Below, one piece after another: positions 28,612-48,891 of a stretch of DNA of 64,000 nt (position 1 is its first letter; each line of letters opens with the position of its first letter). The translations under genes were made by a program, and so were the position numbers. Location of the stretch: positions 124,001 to 188,000 of the forward strand of contig JAQGDQ010000020.1 of the NCBI GenBank assembly GCA_030141605.1. The letters are read 5' to 3'. Source of the stretch: Tubiluchus corallicola. Its lineage: Eukaryota > Animalia > Priapulida. Below the pieces are notes generated by a model. That model was not told the origin of the DNA. It did not search any database and was given only the letters and a program-made list of their open reading frames with translations.

Positions 28612-29394
28612 TGTTGTTATATGCATACAAAGCAAACTTTGGTTTAGTATTTTAGCTCAAATGGTAAATATATACCTCATCAATACGTGATAAGCATCGT
28701 TTTCAATTTCGTTGTCATCTGAATGATCAATAATGAAAGATCCAGGACCCGAGTTTCTGAATTTTTAAATTGAGATAGAAACTTCTTATTTTCTGAGCTT
28801 TGTTCACAGAAGTACCATTATAATGACGTATACAAACAAGCTTTTTCAGTGCAAGGGGCGGTTTTGCTGCTACGGTAAATATGTTGTATTCATGTAATGA
28901 TTACTTGGCGTGTATACTAAATATTCGTCCAGGCATCTTTATTATCATATACGAGTTGCATGTTTTCACGCAAAATTAAATTAAGCAAATGCAATAAATT
29001 ATTATTACTGGGTTATTACACTGAACAAGAATCTAAAGCGTCCTTTCTAGTCTGTATACAGTCGCAAAGATGCATTCACATGAATCACGTTTTAACAGTA
29101 CAGTAAGTAACCTAACCACGCTGCAGGAGTCGATGACACATCCCTCATCTTTTTTTCTAACACGCATGCGTGCTGAAAGCGTCTGGCGTTCTCAGCAAAG
29201 CCATTTGGTCTTCGTCTGGCGTGGTAAATGGTAAATCCATAAGAAAGTAGTCCGGTGCAGTAGTAAAAAGGGTGGGTTTTTGAAACCTGGCTGCATAACA
29301 CATTGGTGAAGCTGGGAGAAGTGGTGCGAACAAGAAAAAGGGCTTGCGTGCTGATCCATAGCATTTGAAGTTTTTTTTTATCAAACAAAACAAA

Positions 29395-34648
<5,254 letters not shown>

Positions 34649-34824
34649 AGTAATCTGCTTTACAATATTGACTGTTATTATTTTAACTAAGCTTTATTGC
34701 TCACCTGCACGAGTGACTGTTAATCAATTACGTTGCATTATATACCCAGGTATTTGTGAATATAAAAGTTTTAATATCAAGAATGAATGATCCTGTTATT
34801 TGTCAAAAATTTAACAATCTGGTT

Positions 34825-34830
34825 AATAAA
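34825..34830 (+). terminator. Candidate polyadenylation signal of beta-tubulin 2
   Basis: AATAAA about 180 bp after the stop codon. Confidence 0.5.
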
Positions 34831-35925
34831 GAATTCGCTATTTTTTGCAAATAATTTTGTGGTCATTAATAATTAAGGTGTAACTGATATTACAAAAAGT
34901 TAACTGTGTTGTAACTAGCCAAATATAATCGCTTATATATGTGTAGGCCTACGAATTATAAATGCTCTACACTGCCACTGGAATGTGTAGATTCGGAAGC
35001 AAAATTTGTGTAATGTTTCTAAGTGCTGTATATTTTCTGTAGTAAATGTTACGAAAGCAATTTCCGAAAATCAAAATGTTATGTAAGTGCGACTCGGTAA
35101 TGTTTGTTATACATTAATATACAACTCTTTAGTGTTAAGACTAAAGCTTTTCAATAAAAATACATATTTTTACATTGTTTGTGTCTTTTGATAATTTGCA
35201 ACCGTATGCATTTATGCATTTTTTAACCATAGCACTTTCATTTTCATGTTTCTTATGTTTCTTCTTGTTTTTGCCAAAAAAGTTTCAGTGATATGTTTTT
35301 ATTTTTACACTATTTTTATGATTTGTTCAAATAAACACAACGTGCTATTCAAATAGAAGATCTTTTCCGTTGCTTTACATCTCGTTGGTTTAGAGTTCAA
35401 TAAATTAATATTTTAGGCGTTCATTGACGATTGAAGAAACGAGGACAATAATAATGATGACAACGACGGTTACGATGGAGGTGGCAGTGGTAGTGGGTAA
35501 CGGCTGTGAAATAGTGTTGAGTCACTATACTAGGAAACTGAATAGTTGGCCTTTTTTATGTTGGGCGCTCTTTTTTATGTCTACGGTTTTTTTGTTTAAA
35601 TATGGCAAATTACTCAGATTGTATTCGTTACTTTTGGCATTATGGACATTATGGAAGTAAATTCATTTTACTTAAGTACGCTAAATTCATTAACTACGCT
35701 TATTTAGTTAGACCGTAATACGCCCTCCCCCCAAGAAAATATAGTTTGAGTGTAGTGAATCACCCAATTTGAGTGCAGTAGTTTTGTCAGATTATTTGGC
35801 TTCATTTGGATGTGAAATTATTAATTTATGTAGTTTAGACACAATAGATCACTTTGTTTCTGCTTCATAGACTTTGTGCTTAGAGTGTTAAAATCAGAAA
35901 TCACCGCAACAGCAGCAGACACACT

Positions 35926-36650
35926 TAAGCCCATTTTACAGAGAAAACACGCGTCAAAATACCTTGATGGAAAAATTTCTTCCGGTATTACTCATGAAAA
36001 TGGAACATATTGCTTTCTATGACGCATTTCACACTGACGCCTCATGCAAAATTTTCTTCGTGGAATTTGTCATGAGGAATTCTACCGCCAGCTAGAAACC
36101 ATGCGTCCTCTTCACGAGGAAAGTTGCCACATGGTAAAGTTGCCGTACGCTAGATCTTCGTGAAGTTTTGTGAGGATTCCTCGGGGAATTAAAACTAAAG
36201 TTTAACAACTCAGTTACTTCTTTTTGGTTTAACGAACAACAATTAACATACTTCAGCATAAAATTATAAGATCTTACCCCTCTTTTAACATAAAGACGAT
36301 TTTATGTTTTATTAATGCAACGGCGATGGCTATATTCGTGAAAAAGAAAAATGACACACGCACATATTTATTTAACATGTTTTTAGACGTTGAAATTGAT
36401 AGTAGAACTTTTTAAAAAAAAACAAGCTCATCTCTCGCTGTCCATGATGACGAGCGATACTACAAGCCCGCAACACGGTCCAAGGAGCTGTAGCTATTTG
36501 GACGCGCATTAAAAAATCGCTCTGTTTCATTGTGCAAAGGACTTTCTTGCTGCATGGCATTTCGAGAAAAAGTCGGAAATCATCTGAATATTTTCTGACA
36601 CCAATTCCATGCATAATTTTCCTTGCGTTCTCGCGGTGAAATTGGCCTTA
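35926..36650. mobile_element. Old MITE-like element with imperfect terminal inverted repeats (PIF/Harbinger-like)
   Basis: The left end taagcccattttacagagaaaacacgcgtcaaaat resembles the reverse complement of the right end, taaggccaatttcaccgcgagaacgcaaggaaaat. Flanks are TAA/TTA-type. Confidence 0.45.
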
Positions 36651-36700
36651 GATACTATAAACAGGACAAAGTACCTTTCACTCAGAGTAAATAAAAAAGT

Positions 36701-37650
36701 AACTAGACCTTGTTTATGACAGAGTCAGCATTATGACCAAAACTGCGACTGCTGATTGTGAAAATTTTTTGCTGACTTGATTATTGTCTCGAGATTATAA
36801 TTTTGCTATTGCTGAATTCTCCGTGCTTGATTACATAGGAAGTCCATTTTGTTGCAATGCCATTTTAACACTGTCGCCGTAGCCATGTGACCTCGTTACG
36901 CCCACTTTTCGAAAATGCTTAGTACACATATACGCTCGACCGACTACCCATACGTGCAATAACGTGGGCGTCTAGTCCAATATTGTAAGTGGTGTTGAGT
37001 GGCAAAGTCATTTGCCCTAATTTTCACATTTTGGGTCCTGCCCCTGTGATCTTTGTCCTAGAATTCGCCATTCTTGCACTGTTTTCTGCCTACCTATATT
37101 AAGCGCCTACCCTGCAAGTTTCGTAATTCAAGGTCTTATGGAGTTAACTAGGCCACATGTTAATACTTTCGCCCATGTCACGTGACTAGATCACGCCCGC
37201 TTTTGGAAAATCCTTTTCGAACTATATGCACATCTATTCCCTCCTCCTGCCTAGCCACGCATGTATAAATATTGACTCCTAGTCCAATACTGTAAGAGGA
37301 GTTGATCGACAAAACGATTTCACATTTTGGCTCCTAATTCAGAACTTTCCTAGACTCCAATTTCCGAAAAATACTTAGTGCACCGACAGGACCTAAATAT
37401 CTGTGAAAAAAATTTTGAATTTAACTCAAGGAATTGAGCGACAAAGGAAAACTGTCCGATGTCCAGCGTCCGTGACCCTTTGATCCGAGGTCACCGATCA
37501 CTATACTAGTGATAGTCCTCCATCCTCAGGTGTCTACCCTGCAAGTTTCGTGACTCTAGCTGTTTTAGTTTTAAAAATTAAGATTTCAAAATTAAGGAAA
37601 TAGTAAACAGTTGATTTCCAATAAGATTCTGCTATATGCAGAATCTTTTA
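36701..37650. mobile_element. Non-autonomous Helentron/DINE-1-like (rolling-circle-derived) element
   Basis: Begins with aactaga after an A-run. It has internal diverged direct repeats (about 36881-37040 vs 37172-37335; ctaccctgcaagtttcgt at about 37107 and 37534) and ends in a perfect hairpin aagattctgc-tatat-gcagaatctt (37623-37647). Confidence 0.55.
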
Positions 37651-40600
37651 AGATTAAAATTACAGATGGCGCCACGGTGAGGCGCAGATCCATGAAACCA
37701 AATTTTGGAGATGGGGAGAGTTGGCTTAGATCCCCTTGAAGCGGCGCAGTACAGGGAAGTCTTGGCTACTGTAATGCAAGTGTTATTTCAAAAAAATAAA
37801 ATAAAAAAATTAATTAAATTAAAATCAATAACGATTGCAAGATTTTATATTTTTTGCAAGCGCTATGAACTCTTTATGATTAACTCTACAGTTTTAATTA
37901 AAACATAACATTGATGATAACAGGCTGATAGCTTCATGGTCCATAAATAAACAAATAAACAACAATTTCGTGATACGTGTTAATTTTCCATTTATCGCAC
38001 AGTTTTAGGAAAATTGAATTTTTGACTCTATGACTTGTTGCACAACCATTTAAACTACAACTAATATGATTAAAATCACACAACGACCTGAAGTGATTAG
38101 TTTTTGTAAAATAACATATATATTTGTTCTGCTAAATAATATTTTAACTAGCAGCGTATTATATTTTATCTAATTTTCTAGTGCAATAATAAAATGCTGG
38201 CAGCTTTGTTTCGAAGTACGCCAGTAAATAATTTATGAATAATTTTACTCCATAGGCCTGATATAAATATGACAAAGGCATAAATGAGCTTATGTGGTTC
38301 CTCAATAATCCACCAAACAATGAATTCACCAAGTTTGGTAAGGCTTGCTTGAATGCCTCATTAAGTCTGCCACGCGTCCATGCCGATGCCTTTGTGCTCA
38401 GCCGCGTCGATCAGGGCTTATTTTTTCATATGATTGAATGCAGCTCTAAGCGACGCCAAGTTAGGCAGTCAAAATAAAAAGCCAGTTTTAGTCCCAGCAG
38501 TGCTTTTCAGTGAAGATAGTCTTGGACCAACACTGTTGCTAAGAGTTTATTATGAAAATTATACTCGCTTTTGCTGTTGCAGATTTATCAGGGACTGTAA
38601 TTAAATTATTTTAATGTTATCTTTATTATCAGCAGTAGGTAATACTAATACCTATTAGTATTATTAATATTACTATAGTACATGTATTTACTATTATGTA
38701 AATTTAATTTGCATAATAAGAAATCATCATAATTACTCAACATATTTTTTGTTTCTATTATGAAGTGTGCATATCAGATTGTCAGGAGAATAATTGTCAG
38801 TATCAGGAAATGTACTACATGGTATCCGGTTCTTTTTAGTTTTGTTTGATTATAACTTTCCTACGAGAATTCTCTATGGCGTCTATTGTTACGACAGCAG
38901 CTGCTGGTCCTAGAATTCATAGCGTGCAGAGTTGGCGTCTGTAAACCATTTGTTATTTTTGGCATGCATAATGTATTAGTGTGTACGACACACAATGTTT
39001 TACAGCTCTGTTCTGTATCATTGACATTAATTTGATAAATAAATGGCTAATTCAATGTAGAATTGTTTGAAAAGTCTACGTTGTGTTTGATATGTATGCA
39101 GTGGCAAGAAAATGATTCTAATAACTGCATAATATAGAATAAATATAGAATTTATTTATTGGTATATACAGTAGAATGACATATGTAGAAGAACAATACA
39201 ACAGCATTAAATAAGCACAGAAGTTTATTACATGAGACATATACATAATATACACATACTTTATAATACAAGGTAGGCAAGTTGGCTTGCATAAAAATTG
39301 TTTGACTGTGGTGTGTTAAAATTATTTTCCTTCTGTAGTACAAATCCAGAAATAGGCGTTTTGTGGTGTATGTCGTATGTGTGAGGCTGAATAATTATGT
39401 TGATATGCAGCAGGTTCTGATTTTCTAGTTAAGCACCAAAAATGAGTGATTACGCTTGATTACGTAACCTCAAAATTATGTTATGTTGTACTTTATTAAA
39501 GTACACATTTCATTTTACCACCTTTTGCTTTCCTAAAGATTCTAAAGTTTACTGGTACTTTATGTCTAAGATTCGAAGCTGCCGCTGCCCGTAATAAGGA
39601 TGTCAGTAAGTGCCCCTAGCCGGTGAGAACGTGCGCAGCTAATAACGATCTGCGTAGCCAAGGTGCACGAAGCGGGAATCACTGTGATTGATGCTGTGAG
39701 CTGAGAGAGGCGATTGATCTTCACCGGTGACGTAGATGGTTGCAACTATACTATGTGACTATAGATGTGGTACATGTACTAGAGTGCGCATTGGGTAGCG
39801 TAAACATGCTGAGAAAAGCGGGAAACTAATTTACGTAAGACTTTGATATCTCCGTGGAATTTTATACGATGAAGGCAATCTCATTGTTGTGGTAAGCCTA
39901 GTTTAGTCTGTTATTAATTCATGCACGAGTATTGCATCGTCAAGATGCTACGTCTTGCAATGTATGATATACGGATCAAGCAGATTAATATATAAAATGC
40001 AGTTCGATTTTGCAGTTTTTTTTACCAATAACTTGCACTTTGCATTGCGTTAAGAAAATATGAAAGAATATTATTTTATGCATTTTTTGTACGTGCATGC
40101 CATTATATTATATGAACCAGTTATTAAGTTGTTTTTGACATGTTTTAGCAATTTTATTCCAACATCGTGTTTGACTTTAAATTGTTAATGTGTGAGAGCC
40201 TATACATTCACTGATGAATGTTGAATACTAGCTAACGTACTTTATTTTTATTTTTGAAAACGTTTATAAAGATAACTTTTAAGCTAATGTAAAACAGCTG
40301 ACACAGTTAGTTTACAAAAAGTTCTGTCAACATATTGAAACAGAAAAACCTTAGGTGTGAGAAAATCAAGAGAAATGAGCTAATTGAATAATTGAATTAA
40401 ACACACAAATTATAAAGACAAGTGACGAGGTCGTCTATAGAAAATTCAGAGGTTCGCGTCCGAGTTATAGTTATTATATGAAATAAATAGTTACGATGCA
40501 TTTTATTATATTTACCTTTCTGTCATTCTTTCTTAAAAGCAATGTTTAACTTAGCAGTGAAAAAGACTTGCCTAATTACCATTTTGGAAACTAAATTTTC

Positions 40601-43600
40601 GGTTATGTTGAATGGTGACACATTGCGTTGAATCTAGACCTAAAATGTCTGAATGTCATACACAGTGTTAATGTAGTCATTATAGGTAGCCACATGGTGG
40701 CGATGATAATAAGGGCTAATCAAGTACATATTAGCAGCTAAATGCAGTTATGGCAATCACACAGAAACAATTGGATTACGATTATTTAGGCGAGATACAC
40801 ACATGGTTGTATTGTTTGCCAATACTTAAGCTTGACTGAGTCAGAAGAACGGTATCTAAATTAAATCTAGTCTAAGCTACTTAAAAGTAAAGCGATAGGT
40901 GAGATAATGGAGTAACTTAGGCTCTGCCTCTTTTGTAACCGTGGAATTCTTTAGTCTATGAGTCATAATATACCGCGTTGTTTTAACCTGTGCTTAATTA
41001 TTTTCCAATCAGATGGTGCAAAAAGTATAGCCACATACAGTTGGTTGACTGTTAAGTAATGAAGAAATGATGCGCCATTTTGTTCTTAATTAAGGCCACA
41101 TTCAAGCCAGTAACAAGTCACTATTCCGATGGTGTCAGTTATGGACACCACTGAAGGGCATAAAGACTTTAGTACAGTTCACGTATTTTACGTAAGGTTC
41201 AGATAAGTTCCCTAAAAACTTCACAACTAACTTCGTTTAAAAACTTGTACCGTCTCCTTAAATATCTGATTTCTGTAACGATTACAAATTTTTTTGTGAG
41301 TATTGACTGCCAGGGACAAAATTAACAGAAGTGCAGGGCTTCCCTATTCTTGTTTACGTGGAGCAGCAGTGCTGTTCTTATCTGTCAGTCTCTTTGTTGT
41401 GGCAATGTACAGCTCTATCTAACTTCGTCCAGCAGATACGAGCAGAAATAATGCTAACTGTGGATCCCCGTAGTATAACCATTGATCAACTTTCCACACG
41501 AAAGCGTCTAATTTGGCCTAAGGACGGTTAAATTGTGGGATGAATGTTTATAGTACAAATAAAGAGCCTGGCGTGGGGCAATGCAATGCATTTAGCAAGA
41601 GGGCAACATAATGAGGGGAAGATAAACAATTCCTGTTACCCCCAGGCGATCTGTCCTGCGTCTCAAATTCTTTTGTATGCAAATGCCTTTGTATTAAATT
41701 AACGCTTTCAATTTGAAGATGCTTTTGGTAGAAGCAAAAAAAAACAAGTAACGTGACACTGTATTCTGTTTTTGGATTTTGGTGGATTGGGACTTCAGGC
41801 ACTTGATAATTTGGTTGAATATCATAACGAGTCGCATACCTTGAGCTTCCAGCATTATGTAAAATGGATAACATGCTCACTGCTCAGATATTTTTCATAC
41901 GTATCTGCATCTGCCAATATTCAATTTAGAAAATAAAAAATAAAGCAGATTTCCTTCACAGACGGCAGTAGCTTTACGTTGTGCTGCACAGGCTCCCCAC
42001 GCTCGGTTTATTAATGCAAATTACGAAGCTTCTGAAAAAAGTTTGCTTTAACTTCTTCTTCATGTGTGCAGAGTTATTTTGCCTTACCATCTTATATTTT
42101 TTCTTCCAAAAAACCAATATAATGACTTTACGTGCTTTGAGCGATTATTGCATAAAATGAATGCATTTCTCGTAGAAAACCTGCGCGCAAAATCGATTCT
42201 GCTGTTCATTAGCTTCGTAGATTAATGCACAAATGTCAGTTATTATACCCACTTACTTGTACAGTTCCATTGTACGCTGCTTGGTCAGTCTGACCCGTAT
42301 AGTAAATCATAGGCAGAGGACTTCCGATGTAACATCGGCGTTATACAACCTTCCCAAGGTCACAGGAGGGGGTGTAATAACCAATTATCTTTCTTTATGA
42401 AGCCATCCAGCCTGTCAAGTGCATAGATGATGAAAGAATTTCGCAATGTTTGGGTTGTAGAAGCAGGTGTAAATGCATGGTGGAAGAGGCAAGAGTGCTC
42501 CTAGAGCACTTGGGAGTGCCGATAAAAATCATTTATAGCTCCTTAACAAAGTCAGTAGTGCTCTTGCAGCCTGCAGCAATCTCATACTTACGCATCTCCA
42601 AATACGTTGACCTATTATCTGAAAATAGTTATTGTATAGAGGGTAGTGATTTTGCAAATACAAGAACTGCTTAAAATTTTGTACCAAAATCTGTTGAATC
42701 TGAAACATGTAGCTACATTTTGTAAATTCTTTAAATATTTTAACGGGTTTACAGCGTGCGGAAAAAACAGTGTTTTAGCCACTTTCGTCAGTTCTTATAA
42801 CACAGTACCATTTTCGTTACCGCTTATTTTCACTGAAAACGATTTTTGCTTAATAATAAATAATGAACCGATGAACAAAGTTGATCAGTCTCGTGTGTAT
42901 TTATTATTGACGATTGCCATTTATTGTTTATCTTTGTAAAGAAAGCGCTTAGGATTTGAGATCTAATGGGACATAATGGATGAGCTTGATAAAAGCTGCA
43001 AATACTTTACTCAGCGAAGATAATTTATAAGATACTTTCAGACGTTTATTGTACGCCGTATCTGCAACAGTTCTCACATGCTCAGATTTTCACTTTCGCA
43101 AAAATCACCAAACATCCATGTGTCACATTTATGTGCAATTATGATGAATTCACTGGAGTGTTCTAATTGATAAAAATTAACCAATATTTATGCTTGTGAC
43201 ATCAAGTAATATAGGCCTCCGTTAAAGTTATAACTTTTAGGTTCGCTTCCTCAAATTCTCTCAGGTTGTTTAATTCATAATAAACTCTATTGTTCTCAAG
43301 GCAGGCCATTCATTCACTTGGTTACACTATGTGGCATTAATGAGACTTTCTAAGATTACAGATTGTGAGGTTACGGCAGTTGTAACTACAAGAAGATAGC
43401 TATAGTTAGCTAGGTAATTAGTATTTAACTAAGTATCACAGAAGATTGCCAGTCATGAGATGAGAATGTGCCAAAACTTGTATTTTGTTGGTCATTATTT
43501 AGGTGATTTATATTTTCTCTGGTTTAGAAAACATTAAATGATTCTCATTAAATAAGTTAACGATAACTGGTTTGAGTGTATAAGTATTGTAATTACATAT

Positions 43601-43819
43601 TACATTGATAGTTGTGATAATTTATATTGATGCTGTAGTAGTCTTATATTATATCTTCTCATGCCTGCTTATACCATGCACCGTGCGTGTTTGCATTGTG
43701 CTCAGAGAAATTTGTACAAATACGTGTGGTACAAGCATGCTTTCTGTTTGAAGCAAAGACAACTTCTATGGATTTTATCCGCCAGTCTTGTCCATAAAAG
43801 GAAAGATGCGTTAGTCGGT

Positions 43820-44070
43820 GCGGTGTAGACAAAGGCTATATGGTACTATCTGTACAGGCTCTTGCTGATAATTATGGTAATAGAGATATAGCGCTGGGAT
43901 CCTGTCATATGCTAACTATTCATCTCTCTGCTTAGCAATATGCACGGACAATTGGCAAACAATGATTAGTGATTTTATGACAGGACGCTTTCAAAGCTGG
44001 AAATGAGTGTAAACCTCCACTGATCGATGTTGGAAGAGTGTTGCTGGAAAGCCCTGTGTAAACAAAGGGT
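43820..44070 (+). mobile_element. LINE reverse-transcriptase fossil
   Basis: Broken frames give VDKGYMVLSV and ISDFMTGRFQ, resembling RT LDxGxxV...WIxxFLxxRxQ in the correct order. Confidence 0.3.
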
Positions 44071-46834
44071 TGTCATTTTAACCACAGAGTGTGTTCTAAC
44101 GAGCTGGGAGTCTATTATTAAACAGTTTCAGCTTAATTTTAAAATTCCGCACAGCCGATCGTGTTTTGTGCAAAATACATGAATAGGAAACATTGGGATG
44201 TGCTACTTAAATTTGAGTAAGTATGGTTTTTGGAGCTGACTGTATACGTTTTAGGCACATTTTTTTTTTGTGAAACTAGGAATTTTACATCCACGTGACT
44301 AAAGAAACAAGATGTATACTATATATAGCTACATATTTAGCTAGTGCCAGAAAAATGATCGAACCCAACCTGCTTCTTGGCACAATTCTGATTATAACAA
44401 AGTTACATCCTGTATAAGACGCGATGCATCAGCTTTAGATATTTCATGTATCTCGAAGTCATCCCTAGGTGTTTAAGAACGATTATCCAATGATACCATC
44501 TTTCTTATGTGTTTTCTTTGAACAAGCATGTAGCTTAAGCTTCACAAATCGTTACTGTCCGAGTGCAGGGCGTTTCACAGAGACAGTACAGATGAAAGTA
44601 TTAATTATGTCGTATATGGTGTGGCTTTAAACTTAGCATATTAATTATAATTTGATGTTTCACATGCATAGCGAGAATAACTCATTAATCATTCTTTGCA
44701 AATCCATGGATTCGCTAATAAAGTTCCTAGTTCTTACCAGAATAATGTAAAAAATATTTTGAGCTTCTTTCTAATTATTTTTCATTAAAAAATCTTTATC
44801 ACGCTACTTGTTATGCTTAAAATGATAATTGTACACTGCGAACATAGCCACTGTATTATGTAAACTCATCGATAATAAATTTTATGTACAATATGCGTCG
44901 TCCTAACTTGGCTTCCTTAATACTCTTTATAAGCTGGCTTCCCCAAGTGCTGTTGAATCCCATGGCTTCCCAAAGAGCTCCGCATGCCGGGGCACTTTAC
45001 GATTCTGATCATGTTACAGGGAGTGTGCAAACTGCTTTCTAGGTTATGTTACGGGTAACAACCCTAAAACAAGTAGCTGATTGAATCTTTCCTCACACGG
45101 TGAGTAGATAATGAATTGCAATTGCTGCCGCGAATGAGGTTGCTGGGATAATAAAATATGTTAATGATGCTACTGACACTAACATGATTGGAAAGTATCT
45201 TAAATCATTATATATTCACCAGTATGCCAGAAACATATTCGGTAACTTAGACCACCCTGCATCTAGTCAGCGATTAACTACCATCAAACTACTTTGGGCA
45301 AGCTATAGGCTAGCTTCAGTAAGGCTCCCATGACCTTGCCCCGCTCCATGTTAAATGATGTTTAATAATTTCAGTTGTTGTTTATTGTGTAACAAGTATA
45401 TATCTGAAAATCACACAGACGTTTTGTTACAAATATCCGGCAGTATGAACAGAGAAGTACTGAGTGAAATATTGTAGTGAAATCACAACGTTACTATTGT
45501 AAATAAAGCAACGTCATAGCTGTTTGTATGAAGTCGCAAAAAAGTTGTTTATGTTTTGGAAAGCAAAAATTTTAGTTGATTCAAAAACAAATGAAAATGA
45601 AGTGAAAATTCCACATATGAAAATACAACAGTAAGTACTAAAATTTTTGACATGTGATCCAAAATAATCGTGTTTACATTCAATTGAACCATTTTGTACA
45701 TTTAATTAAAATTACTTTCTCCTAAGGAAGAAAGAAAGTTTAAATATATAGCCCAAAAATCTTATATTACATACATATTTATATTACGTTACAGTTATAT
45801 TTCTTTACTTTACACTTGCTTATATGAAAGACGTGTGAATTTGGAGAATAATTTTCTTAATAATTCAAAATGTTCACGCTGGTAATTCAAATAATTCAAA
45901 CTGATAAAATTTCACTGTTGCACCATTGGCTCACCAAAAAACACGTTGTTGATCCTGTTGACGATATAAAGTAGTTTGCTTAAATAGCGATTAGTGCGCT
46001 ACGAATGTTCTAATTATGTTTTCAAATTTTACGCCGAAGTTTAAATTTACAAGTTCTACGCAGTGTTACTGCTAACGTAAGCAATAAGACAGCATCTAAG
46101 TGATACAGTATTTTAAGACGAACCTTATTTATGAAGAATTTTTTCTTGTCCTTTAATATCAAGTCAATTCAGTCTGTACTTTATGTCTAATAGTTGTCTA
46201 TTTTATTTGCAATTAGTTACTGGTCAGTCATCCTTGCTAACGGAGTATCGTATACCTTCCCATATTTTGTTAGTAGGCCTAAGGGGTGAAGTACAGTTTT
46301 GAAGAATAATTCACCAGAAATCACGTCCTGTAGCAAGCTTTAAAATGTGTAACATTGTTGCAGTCAGTATATTGAGCAACGAGTCTTATGTGTTGATAAA
46401 TTAATCCGGGAGGGGTTGAGATTTAACTTTGCAATTCATTTATTGACGTTCAAACAACTCTATTTCTTTGTATACATAGTTAAATTGCTGTAAATTGGAT
46501 AGTGACATTAGAGGGTCCTCAACTTCTTTGTTAAGCTATAAATATTTATAAGCCCGTGCACGAAGTCATGCAGTTTTTGAGGCAGGTCCATCGCATTAGC
46601 CCTATATATTTGTTGGTTTAATAGTAAGAATTCGCGCGCTTTTCTAAAAATAAAACAGCTGAAATTCCAAGTTACTCCGAGCTTTATGCCCATTTATACG
46701 ATTACGTTATGTTAATGAGCCGTAGGAAGAGAGCTAGGATAACTATTTTGGTGTATAGGGATCTGTAGTGCAGATTTACTTATGCCTACTATACTCTGGG
46801 TAACTAGTTTCAATGACGTGCTTTTACACAGATT

Positions 46835-47140
46835 TTAGCAGTGCCGGTTTTATGCATTTGGGCTGCGAACACTGGCCATTTAGTCTTAGCCCCAGCTGAA
46901 TTCAATATACCATTAGAGATTGAAGACAGAGTGCAATAGTACAGTGGCCTTATTGCACTATGCAAGGGCATTTGATCAGCTACACTGTACTAGGTGCTGT
47001 ATTGAGGCTTTTGCTGCTAGAATGCTCCATTGGAACTTGTTTCCTTGCCCATTGTTGCATTAACGACATTCATAGCTGGCTTCAGCACAAATTGGTTTCC
47101 ACCCATTGTCAATGTCGCGTATGTAGTTCCCAGCTCTCAT
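46835..47140 (+). mobile_element. LINE reverse-transcriptase fossil
   Basis: Broken frames give GFM...TVALLHYARAFDQLH...VNVAYVVP, resembling RT GF...LDxSKAFDxxxH...GVPQ in order. Confidence 0.35.
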
Positions 47141-48891
47141 AGCAAGTAAGATTCTCTATTTGTATAAGCAAGGGACACGGTATGTACACTCTATCTAAAT
47201 GTTTATGCTATTTTCACCGCAAAGCTTAGCATTTAAACACTTCAGTTTGTCACAGCTCGTTATTTCGTTCTGCATTAATGAATCTCACGTCGTAAAGAAG
47301 TCTGTCATGTAATTGGCTGCAGTAGGTGGTTAAGCTTGTGTTCACCTTCAGTTTGTTTGCAGAGTACAAACAGTATTTTGAATAGTGTATTAATAGAAAT
47401 TTTATGACTTTAATAGTAAATGTACATTCGTGCAGATGCAGCCGATCAAAAATTACTGTAAAGAACTATACGCATCAATAACACTGTTAATATCCTAAAT
47501 GTATATCAAATTAGATTACACTTCTCCCTATGTCACGTGAATACGGTTTATCTTGCAATTTTAGAAAACCATTAACAACAACTGCAGAATCGTGATGATG
47601 GTAGCAAAATTTCGACTTGCAGTAGGGTTCAACCAGAGGGCTTTATTTTGGTAAGATAAGTGGAGAATTTCGGTTGAAGCCATGCTCTGTGTATTTAATG
47701 TGTCCGAGGCGGCAGAGTAGTGTTTGCTCACTGCTCAGCTGTTTTCATGCTTGGTTCGCCATTTTAAGGGCTTCAAAATACATGCTGTAATATTTGTTAT
47801 ATGAAGACTGTACGGACTTTTGTAGAATAAATCTAGCTGCAAATTGATCATGTACGGAATAAATCACGTGACTTTAAAAAAAATTACTGGTTAATTATTT
47901 AAGTCTATAATCATTGAAAATCGCCTGACTCTACTGAATAGGATATAAAATGTCCTTTCTTTGTCCATTTATATTTTATTGTTGTAAAATTGTCATGTGA
48001 ATGCAATTAAGCATCATACTTGTTTAATTTCTTATTTACTTGTTAACAATAATTGGTTTAAAATTTGTTGTGGATGTTTTCGAAAGAAAATTAAGTAAAG
48101 AAGCGTACGTAGAAATGATTTATGGCATTTATCGATACATTATTATGGTAATTCTCGGTGAAACGTAACCCCGAATGATTCTGAAAAACTTGTGCTTCCG
48201 GTGACTTTAATTTAACATTAAAAGTCCATTACGGCAAAATTTAATGGTTTTTGTTGCGGCCCCGCCCGAAAGTAAAACATTAATCAGCTACGTTAACCGA
48301 ACTTCCGGCATCAAAATCGTGCGAATCATTAATAGGGTTTTTCAGATTGTTCGGCACAAGGAAACTGCACTACACGCGGATTTCCGCAACCCAGTTTTTG
48401 CTTTAAGAAATTTTCCTAGGACGAACTGGCACAGAATAATACGTGCTTCATGACAGCTTTTGTGAAAAGAGACCACAACAACGACGACGCCGAGTTCGGG
48501 TTCGCCTGGTGCTGCCCTGAGATGTTCACCTGGCGTGTTTTATTTGAAGCTCACCGATAAAACACAGCGCCTGTATTTAAGTAAAGCACAACAATGAATA
48601 ACTGTATATGTCCTGTAATTGATATAATATATGTAAGTGGCACATTAATTCTGTTAATTATTAATTAGCGTTAAGCATGATGGGTTACCTCTTAACAAAT
48701 TTCAGGGTCATTGCTGGACTTGGGTTCAATTCCCCTCGTTTTTCTTGCACTTGTATTACCTAAATGCGCACTGTACAGTGCACAACGCAAATTGCAGATA
48801 TTATCAAAAATACAATGCTTTTTAATAGAATAAACTGATTATTATAGTGTCACTATCGCCGTATCTGGTGACTGATGTTTAACTTTTCTAG

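Noticed and set aside
42440-42610. Possible restriction-like endonuclease fossil (VVEAGV...ARVLLEHLGV) of an R2/HERO-type LINE
   Set aside because: It needs an assumed frameshift, and the upstream PD/ELT motifs are not visible; too weak to call.
48700-48740. B-box-like GGTTCAATTCCC (and a reverse tRNA-like patch at about 53040-53090)
   Set aside because: No cloverleaf can be formed; at most these are decayed SINE heads, not tRNA genes.
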